A DNA stretch of 61,199 nucleotides, taken from Phoronis australis (taxonomy: Eukaryota > Animalia > Phoronida). The notes beneath the pieces were generated by a model that made no database searches, was not told the DNA's origin, and worked only from the letters and a program-made list of their open reading frames with translations. Both the position numbers and the translations under genes were made by a program. Shown here piece after piece: positions 51,566-61,199 of the stretch (position 1 is its first letter; the number at the start of each line of letters is the position of its first letter). Where the stretch lies: positions 1 to 61,199 of the forward strand of contig NMRA01001064.1 of assembly GCA_002633005.1 (NCBI GenBank). The letters are read 5' to 3'.

Positions 51566-51687
51566 ATGGTGGTGTACCCTTTGAATTCTACCCGTTAAGA
51601 AGTTTCATGAACCAGCGAAACGAGTAAACAACTTCAAGTGTTGATGCGAAATCCGCAAACTGTATTCAAGTATAACTCTGTAAGTCA

Positions 51688-51757
51688 CAAATTTGCGCAG
51701 TCGCAAACTGTGCAGTCACAAATTGTGTAGTCACAAGCCACGTAGTCACAAGTTGTG
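51688..51757. repeat. ~15-bp degenerate minisatellite
   Basis: About 5 units of AGTCACAAATTGTGT. Confidence 0.7.
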
Positions 51758-53596
51758 TTTTCATCAATTGCCTCGATAGGATGTATAGCTGAGAAAAATT
51801 GACAGTTTGTTATTCTTCAAACCGGGATTATGAAGACACTGCGTGTTAGATTCAGCTGGCGAAGTAGTGAAACACTGAGGGGAATCGCAGGCGTTCTATT
51901 GCTGCCAATTCCAATTCAAGGAAAGCACTTAGAACAAATACACGTGAGCGAGTTAAAGGCCATTCGGCGTTGAAATCGCTGTGAAATTGCGAACCCCGAC
52001 ATGTGCGTTCAGGGATCTGTTTCAAAGAGGTACTTCAAGTCGATGACATAATATAATTAAATTTCACTCCAGGAAAGTAGACTAAGAAAATATACCCAGT
52101 TTGGTTAGATAATTTATATGAATTTTAACAAACAGTGATGTGTTAACATTCACATGACAATAATAGTTGCAATCGCGAGGTAGGAACGTAAGACACAGAT
52201 TCTGTCTGGAGCCTAACACCAAACGCCGCTCTTTATAACAAGGCCTCGTCTTATTTCATCGCTACTGGCCCAGTAACAATGACTGGGGCACGATGGAGGG
52301 ACTTCGTTGCTGTCTTTTGGCTACTTTATCCTCAAAGTCTTTTTGGCCTTTTATAAGTTCTCTGAAACATATTGGTAAAATACAAAAGTCAACTTATTTT
52401 GTTATTGGTGTTCTTCCCCATTCCTATTCAATATGTATTCACCTCATTCAATATATCTTCACCTTATACAATACAAATGCTATTTTACAACGTGTTACTA
52501 AGACTCGACTCAGGCTCGGATTCGAAATTTAACCAGTCATGCTACATTATTCTAGTAAAATTGAGTTAGTTTAGTCGGCCCATGCAATTGGTAAATTTTC
52601 GAGTCTAGCTTTGAGCACAGGTCCGATCTTCGTTAGTTGCTGAAACATTGCCATTTTTGATTGGTTTTGAATTGATTAGAATTGAAACCGGATAATATTT
52701 TACAAGTTTTCTCAAAGTTTAGCTTTTTCCTCAAACGCGTTGAGGTCATCGACAATCGAATGCCAAATTTTCGATGATTATTGTTAGATAATGAAAAGAC
52801 ACGCGGCTTTGGGAAACTTTTGTACCCGGATAAAAGATCATTATTCGATTTGATGTACATGATACAGAAACTTGATTAAATTTAATTTAATTTTTACTAT
52901 TGTATCGGTCAAACTGGGGTCCAGCAAAAATGGCTGAATGTCGTTGACGAATTTGTAAATGGGTAAAATGGTTAATTAAGCTAAGTATTCTACAGGTTAG
53001 GGGTCCGGCACAAAATTGGGCCCCGTCTCATAGCAACAGGTGGAAAGTTAGTACGTCGATTAGTACGGAAATTGCAGCGACCGGTGTGGCGACCGGAGGC
53101 AGTAAAGCATTGTGGCAATCAGAGAGTGCGGGTGTACAAACCTTGGCCAGCTCAACTAACTATGGCTCACAAACTTTAATCCAGTGATGACTTGATACTC
53201 ATATGCCTATGCTCACTAATAGATGTTGACATTACTGAGATTTTTAAAGCGAACGCCTGAGACTGCTTATACTCAATAAGGTGGCGCTGTAGAGTTAGAC
53301 GGCATAACTGTACAACGCCACGAACTTAGCCGCGACCACTTTGCACTTTCTAAAAATTAAGTTCTTGGCGTAGGCCAGATTTGGAGACGGTTTTGAGGTA
53401 TGCATTGCAAGTGGTTTCAATGGATCTGGTTTGCTCCTGCTAATGAACATGATGTAAATCAAAAAGGGACACTGGGCGACTGGATTTCCTTTTCTTCAAC
53501 ATGGCGGCTCCCTGTAGCTGCGTAGCTTTGCATTGCGGTAGAGTGACAAGAATCTGCTGCGATTTCAGGTAGTCCTCAAACAGCTTAGACTTACAA

Positions 53597-53725
53597 AAAG
53601 TTTGATTGGATAGGAGAATTCAGCTCAAAGTCTGATTGGATAGGAGAGTTCAGCTCAAAGTCTGATTGGATAGGAGAGTTCAGCTCAAAGTCTGATTGGA
53701 TAGGAGAATTCAGCTCAAAGTTTGA
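53597..53725. repeat. 30-bp minisatellite, about 4.3 copies
   Basis: Unit AAAGTYTGATTGGATAGGAGARTTCAGCTC. Confidence 0.95.
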
Positions 53726-55006
53726 GCCTCATTTGTGGATTTAGTGCTGCACGGTGTCGAGCATTGACAGGGAAGTGGTGGTTTTGAGCTGAAAATTATC
53801 AGTTTTGGGTTTTCCCACCTTTTTCTGAGTCTTTCATCCTTTTCGGTGGAAATAAAAGGGTCAAAAATATAAAACCGAGTTTCTGTGGTCATTTGTAGGG
53901 CTTTTTATTTTGGTTATAGAATTTTAGACTAGGACAGAGTAGACGAAAGGCAAGAAGCCTATTGACGTGTGCGCCGGCAATGAGAACTGTTCAGTGTCTC
54001 CTAAAGCAATGGACCTGTGTCTTCAGTCAAAAAAGCAACTAATTTAGGACCTCACTCCACCCCATCTATTTCTTTGATCATATTAGAAATTATTTAGGTT
54101 TAGACGATTTGGCATGGCGTTTTGCTTCATACTAGGACCACGTATGTTGCTTTACACTGTTGGTTACTTCCACTCGTCTAGGCAGTATGGCCGTTAAAGA
54201 GATTCTGGGAGGTTTGTTACAAACTATTCTACGGATTCTGTAGGATTCAAAATATTGCTGAATCCTAGGTATGAGTAAACATTCCGATGAAGAAAACTGT
54301 TATTTTAGCATCAGGGCATGGTGTAGAGCGGCTTTTAACAACTTGAAATTTGGAACAAAATGTTACACTAACTTGTGGATACCAGCGGCTGCAGATTGCT
54401 CAGGTGTTATTTAAATTTTGCCTACTCAAACATTTTGGCTAATTACTGTGACAAGATTTTGCAGATTTTACGCTTTCTTTGATTTTCCCAGCACGAAGTG
54501 AACTGGTCAATTTTGAACAGTTTTTCGTACCAAAAAAGAACATGGAGGTTTCGAAAACGTATGTACGGTTGCCTACACTTGTTGAAGGGGATTCCCTTTT
54601 TCATTTTTACCGCTTCCTAGCATTCTGCGTTCGCTATTTTGCAACACGTTGAGCAGAAGAGTAGAGTTGACTGCACATACGTTTTATCGTGTTGTAGATA
54701 GGATTGGTCTACGATTTTAAATTGCTCTGACTGTCAGAATATGTGAATGTCAGTTCAGTTGGGTTTAATTACGTGTAATTCTGAAATTTTGAATTAAAAT
54801 TCAGATGTGAAAAGTACCTTTCTATCCCCTGGTTTCTCAGACAAAAAGCAATGTCTTTACAAATCCAGCCGGGACTCGGCTTCACTTCGAAACTAAATTA
54901 TGAAGTAGTAACTAAACCTCAATGTTCTGGCATCTTAACAGGTATCCACGACATGCCTTACTCGTAAACAATATATCCAATGAGAAATTGGCCTGTAGGT
55001 CACGTG

Positions 55007-55128
55007 CGCTCGTGTTTTTAGCTCGTAATTTTACGTTCGCAATTTTACGCTCGTATTTTTCGCTCGTAATTTTACATTGGTAATTTTGCGTTCATAATTT
55101 CACATTCGTAATTTTACACTCGCATTTT
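55007..55128. repeat. ~14-bp degenerate minisatellite
   Basis: About 9 units of CTCGTAATTTTACG. Confidence 0.8.
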
Positions 55129-57649
55129 GAGCATGTTATGAAGTGTTCAGAAGGCAAAATATATTAATGCAAAAGACTGAAAATTATCGAAAACTGAATT
55201 TCTTTTTGCTTGCTGCCCTAGCCATCCAAGGCATTTGAAAGTGGTCCATATTAGTGCATAAGGAGGTGCCTAAATATCTGTCTATCAGGTTGTCTGACAA
55301 CGCTTATATTTTATTTGTTAAAATTAACATGATTTTTCAATATTTAGGTCGAGCGAAGTCTCGGTCATAATGACGAGCATAATTTCTGGTGAAATTTGTC
55401 CCCAAACGACCCACTTTAGGAATGCCCGAGGGTCACACTGTCTCTATATCTAGGATTTTGCGAGGGGGACAACCACAATTTTCGAAGATGTTCGCGATAC
55501 CCTTCAAAGCAGCATGCCGGCGGCAGCGTTCATTGTTCTTGTATGGAGAGGAGGGGGCGAGCACAATAAAAACCGCCTTTGGGTGTCTTCATGATTGCCT
55601 ATGGTCACCCGTAGCAGATATCTTCCAATTAAACCCCGGGTTACCACTAATTTGGCGTGCCGTTCGACGTCAAGTTTGGCCCCTAAACAATTATCACAAA
55701 TTCTATTGTTGTAGATTCGCGATTGCGACCAATTTCGCAACCACTCTACTGAAAAGTGTTGTCAGTCATTAGCCTCTAACGCCCCTTAGTTTCCATAGGC
55801 AGAATTTGAGGAACGGGGCGAAGAGGTTGCTCACCGAGCTTGCCCAATAGGTCGTCGCAATCGCTTTGCCCTTTGAAAATTGTGGCCGCCGTGGTCTTCC
55901 GCCCCTGGCGGCGATATTCACAGCTGCGCCACAAGTTAGAGTACGCCAACAAGTGCGCGTGTATTTGCGAAAACTTTTACGTCGGGTGCGTGGAAGTGCA
56001 GTTGTACTATCCTAGTTACACGTACAAGCACACTTATCCGTACAGGTTTTTTTACGAAACCTCTTATAATCCTAATTTCATCATTTGCTTCGTTGAAATG
56101 AAGCACTGGGCTATAATCACATCAAGTTTGGAAGAATCGCCGTGGATGTTCTCTGAAAGCAGTAGTGCCTTGGTAACCATTTCCAAGTTTGTATCTGAAA
56201 GAGCTCTTTCCAAATCAACATTTCATAAAAGGGCTTCAAACTTTCGAGGGTTAAGGACGGTAATTGAACAGTGGTTTACTTTGCCATGTCTGTGTTCCAG
56301 CGTTCAGGTAAGTCTGATCTGTTGGTCGATATGCATTGATCTTGCTAGAGTCTGACAGCTGAGACTGCAAGTTGAATTCCCAGTTGGGGCTGACCTTAGA
56401 AACAATTTTTATCTAAATTTAAAAAACGACCCACGTCACAGCCGAGCTAATGACGCCATTACGGAAAAAAAACGATGAAATGACATTTGCATGTTATGGT
56501 ATTCTGATTATTTTTTCATATTGATTAAAATGCTAAAGAAATAAACCTCAAGTCAACAGGATATCGCTCATCATTTATGAACGAGTAAAATTGGATAGCC
56601 CGACAAAAAACGTGTGATGCAGATTCACAATGGGGCGTCACGTGATTGAGTTTACATTCCCGCACGTTTACCAATAGTTGCATGTTGCTTCCCGGAGGAC
56701 TAATTTGTCAATTTTTAAACGCATTAAAATCATTTGCTATTTTCATTTAGTGTAGGAACTAGTTCAACTCACCCAAAGTCAATTTCCCCGTCGCCGTCGG
56801 CATCTAATTTGTCCATTAATGTAATTAATTGATCGTCAGACAACGGTATCTTGGCTATCTGCAATCATGTAACAAAAAGTAGCACGCTTAGCAAAGTTAC
56901 TGCTATGAAACTTGACAAGCTCTCAATTGACTTATCAAGTATATTCACAGTAAGCAGACGATTTACATAAAGGGGGGTATTTCGTGTATTGATGCACTTT
57001 TCTTCTAATGGTTCTGACAATTTTCTTTTGGATGCTGATGTTGAAAGCTACTACTCACCATGTAGTTAAAATCAACGTACTGAGTGATGAAGTATGATTT
57101 GGCCTTCTCAGATTCGTCACTACAGTGTATTCAAATTCACGATGTACTTTATTTTATTACATCTTCCAACAATATTATTTACGACGAATATTTTTCCACT
57201 TATTTTGCCCATTTGTCGCAAGTACCCAGTCAAAAGCTTTCATAGGATCTTTTATTGCAGAAAGACCCGTCCTAATTGTTGCAGCTAACAAAAGACATCC
57301 ATTGAAGTTAAGTTAAAGGGACAGTGAGAAATGAAAAACGTCCGTCCTATGCAGCCGGCCGGCCATGCAATCTGAAAGCCATCAATAATAGATTCTCACA
57401 AATGCGTGTGTCATTACCAAGGTCGTATGTCAATTCATTTTATTTTTGTTTGTATATTAACTTTCGCTGGAATAGTGTCGTAGAATATGCAGATCTAACA
57501 ATATGATTTATACTAACTTTGGGATTCCGATCATTGTTTTTCGACAGTTGTACTAAAGTCAAGGGGCAATGTGGTTACAAACGTTTGGAGAGGTCAACTC
57601 CGGCTAAGCTCATGCAGACCTCTGCAAGAAGTATTATACCTATCAATAC

Positions 57650-57913
57650 CTTTATTCCCAATCTGAACTCGTCTCTGCTGACACTCCAACTGTTGTCTGT
57701 GTCAAACTGCTTGAATAAGTCAATTGTGTTTATTTCTTTCTCTTTGACAAAATTCATCAAAACTTCCATTGGATCTTCTTGGCGACCAAGCCTCACTTTC
57801 GTTTTCTTGTCATCTTTGTGCGTTAGCGACCCCTGGCGAATGACTAGCGAAGGATACAGTTCCTGGATTTCATTTAAACAGGTGGCAATTTCTTTGGCGT
57901 CCATCTGAACATT
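57650..57913 (-). CDS. Exon encoding an EF-hand region, similar to the C-terminus of invertebrate LRRC74-like (LRR + EF-hand) proteins
   Basis: ttccag acceptor, AAG/gtattg donor, 264 nt, phase 0-0: NVQMDAKEIATCLNEIQELYPSLVIRQG…DPMEVLMNFVKEKEINTIDLFKQFDTDNSWSVSRDEFRLGIK. Canonical 12-residue loop DTDNSWSVSRDE. The family call rests on recalled similarity only. Confidence 0.75.
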
Positions 57914-58703
57914 CTGGAACGAACGGTTTGGTCGCAATGTCAGCTGCAAATATTTATCTATATTGAAGGTCACTGACACTAAGCCCTAATGTTAACGAGT
58001 TCTTTAAGAATATGTAATGAGTTATACATTTACAGAATATCACTAAGAATCGTTTATCAAATAAGGAAGTGTCACGAGTAATTGCATCGCGTCGAGCTCT
58101 GTCTTAGAGACATTCGCCCCGCGTGTGGCATAATGTTGCCACAGATATTTAGACTATTTATATCCATGACTCCTGTGAATGCGCGATCCCCGGAGGATGT
58201 CATACAAATACTGGTTGTCTAAGCAAGGGCGTAGGAACCAGCTGACCACTTTCAAAACTTAAAAGTGTTACAGATGTATCAACCGGTGGAATTTTACGTC
58301 AACAATTTTCTGAAATTCAAATGACGACTAAACAATCGGAGTGATATTTTCCAATTCTAGATTTAATTAAGCAGTAAAAGACGGAGGTAAATAGATGCCG
58401 TTGATCATTGGCACGAGCTTCTCAGATTATTTTGCATCACTTTGACGCTTTCTAATAACTTTCGCCCTAGTGAACGGTTAGTCGAAATGAATTAAAGAAC
58501 ATCGCGTGCGCCAACCGAGAAGCCCTAGAGATTTTTTGTCGCAGTTCCAGGACACCCGAACAACACGGCTCACGGACTTGTAAACTCATTAGCTAAGTGA
58601 CTCACAAACACGGCCCGGCACTCATAAGATATAACGCGTGTGTACTTAAAAACACGTCGACTCACTGACTCATTACACGGACGATACTAAGAGTTTTAGT
58701 TTG

Positions 58704-58989
58704 CGGGGTGTCGAACGTAATTTCCCAACTTCCTGAAACCCTTTGAAACCTTGTGTTTACAGACTGGTCGATGAAGTGCAAGCAGACGCATTTCATGTTT
58801 CGGCAATGTTACCTTTTCTGAATGTTTTTTGGTTAATTTGACATGTTTCGTGAACCTTTTCTGTCGGTTTCTAGAAAACGGAGATTAATAAAAATAAGAG
58901 TACCTCAAACCGTAAGTGGTGACGCACTGAGCAAGTTACGAAAATGCTGATTCGAGTAAAGGAGTGTTCCCCCGGTTTTCACACCAGAG
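58704..58989 (+). repeat. Dispersed repeat family D copy 2
   Basis: Colinear similarity to 20971-21284. Confidence 0.7.
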
Positions 58990-61199
58990 CATCAGTAATT
59001 CCAAAAATACGCTTTTCAACCCTTAAAACGAATGTATGCTCTGAAAGTCCATTTTTGAATACCATTGTTTTGTTTCATGTTTCATGGTGAAACCCTTGTT
59101 TCGTTTTTTTAATACGAAGACTTAGTGTCCCTAATTCACATAATCAATGCATAGACCCAGTGGAGTACACTGATTACTTTAACCGAAAGATTCACCGTAA
59201 ATTTAATTCGCGAATCCGTCCAGACCGCTGCGTGGGTCTTCATTACTATTTAAAACCAACTAGGAAGATTCAAAGTACATTTCGGGGTGAGTGAAGTATA
59301 CCAAATTGTCCAAAACGCCGTCAGAAATGTAGCACTCTATGTTAAAGTCAAAGCCAGTAGTAATCCATGCGCACATCCAAGAGGGGAGGCTCGGGGAGCT
59401 CAAATGAGCCTCATTTGGTGAAGAAGGCAAAAAGGTCCGCCTCAGAGAAACTAAAATTCCGAGAAAACGAGACTTAAGTCCACAGGAATTCGGCACGAAT
59501 GCACAATTCATAGGTCTCAACGCAGCACCCCGTTTTTTAGTCCCCTTTTTCAGTAAAAGATCCACAAACTGAAAAATTCGAGTCCCTGTATTTTAGACTG
59601 GGTGCGCGCGCATGTAATCTATGCTTGACTAAAACTGAAATTTAGGCGTTTTCGACAGTGGTTGTTTAATCCAATTCGTAGAATAAGTCGGAAGTGTTCG
59701 CGATATGCATTGCCATTTTACAGGTATTCAAATACTTTGAAAGTTCGTTGTCGTTTTAAGTACACAACTCAGAAGGTTTTGTTGTCTTCATTTCACCAAC
59801 CAAGGAGTAATATCTTGTCCAGTTTACCACCAAAGTGTATAGCTGCTAATGTCAACAGCATTGCCCCAAGTTTTGTTTTTTACTTGCTGTGCTTTTATAT
59901 GCTCAAAAATATCAGTTATGGTATCACCTAAATGTTTTACTTTGCCATTAGAACCATTTGTCATTTAGTCATTACACTTTGTTGAGAGCTGAGAAGCAAT
60001 TTTTTGTAAGCCTATCGAGGACGTCAACCATTGACTGGCGGTAGGTTTCATGAAAATCCAAACCTTAGGTCAAATACTGTTTTATTTGTCTAAATTTTTT
60101 ACCGAATAAGAAAAGATTTAGCAAGCTGGACGCTAATATCTATCTGATATTCAGCCTTCGAATTGGCGCCAAGTACAAAAATGTATTAGCGACTTATTGA
60201 ATATGACATGTACCGCTATGGCAAGATTAATTGAACTCACAAGCAAAAATTATTATCCTGTCATTTATTGATTACAAACTCGTTTGATTAAAAATAGTAT
60301 TGCCTCCTACTTTCTCACAAATAATCCAGCTTAGTGAACATTCAGTGCGTAATTGCTGGAATCAGTTGATTTTGACCAAATGAGTAATTAATGTCACGTG
60401 AGTGCGACACGAGACTAAAACGTTACCACGATAATGGCCGTGAACTTGTCGACCATCTTTTTGAGTGAAACAGCTGCTGTTTCATTATTAAGCAGAACAT
60501 CACTTGAAAAATTTCGTTTTGATGAAAAAGACAACAAAGTTTATATTGCTCCTAAAACCCGAGGTTAACGAGTAGCGCAAATCACAAAATAGTCCACCTG
60601 AAACCACTTTTTCCAAAGCTCTCAAATTTGGAAGACTTAGTTGAATGAATCTATCTGCCCATGCAAACGTTTCTTTACTTGTCCAATTCTTTCCATCGTC
60701 TATAGATGCGTGGGATTCGTTGTTCGGGTAGTCTGATTCCGTACCTCAGAAAAATTCAAAACATGTTTGCAAAAGACGGTCTGACGTCTTTCAAGATTCT
60801 TTAGTAATTATGACTTGTTTTGTGACAATTAAGTTTCTGCATGAAACACGCAACTCGACCACTGGGAACGCAATTAAAGAGTTTGGTTGAAGTATTTACG
60901 TAATGCTTAATCATCTATACTAAAACCCGCAATAAATTGCTCGATATGCAGCAATGCATCGCTCACAATTCTCTTTTATTAGCATTGATCAAAAGCAGTT
61001 ATTGCAGCGGTCTAATTCAACATTTGGTGAACACGCGAGTGACGGATATTGTACGACTACAGTCTATCGTAAGCACACCGGTGAGTGTGATCAGTTACAT
61101 AGCTTCCGGCAGCTCTCAACAATTGAGTCAGTATGGCAATATAATTTTGCTACTAACTTTGATACGAACTACAATCAAAATACTATTTCCTATCGCTCT

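Noticed and set aside
53597-53725. CRISPR array
   Set aside because: The 30-bp units are head-to-tail with no unique spacers, and there are no cas genes.
55389-56355. 127-aa and 171-aa plus-strand ORFs
   Set aside because: Non-ATG starts, composition unlike real proteins, and overlap with repeat-like sequence.
57059-57119. Minus-strand mini-exon (DESEKAKSYFITQYVDFNYM/gtgagt) as the next exon of the EF-hand gene
   Set aside because: Its reading phase does not match the phase-0 donor at 57650, and there is no homology support.
52-59931. Most of the six-frame ORFs as standalone genes
   Set aside because: They are short, often start at non-ATG codons, show no recognisable domains, and lie in introns, repeats or antisense to real exons. 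The DNA is spliced eukaryotic sequence.

Overview
Eukaryotic (metazoan) genomic DNA: AT-rich, intron-rich and dense in transposon remnants. The repeat and gene content suggests a marine invertebrate, possibly a lophotrochozoan (inference). Most ORFs in the supplied track are spurious, and the real genes only appear after manual splicing. (1) + strand: the last 15 coding exons (1935-23675; 1962 nt = 653 aa + stop; all GT-AG and phase-compatible) of an M1-family zinc aminopeptidase with intact GAMEN and HEXXH-X18-E motifs; its 5' exons lie left of the window. (2) + strand: a three-exon gene (TATA/Inr near 41365-41391; coding 44085-44231 + 46835-46963) for a 91-aa secreted peptide with a signal peptide and six cysteines (C-x3-C-x2-C-x9-C-x4-C-x19-C). 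It resembles a divergent eclosion-hormone-type neuropeptide and is the most interesting object here. (3) - strand: one EF-hand exon (57650-57913) resembling the C-terminus of invertebrate LRRC74-like proteins. Between the genes lie a decayed Academ-like transposase facing a decayed C2H2 zinc-finger gene, a Penelope-like GIY-YIG 3' remnant with a hammerhead-like core, many MITEs (TTAA, 9-bp, 8-bp and 5-bp TSD types), long palindromes, minisatellites and microsatellites. No CRISPR array, rRNA or intact tRNA was seen.
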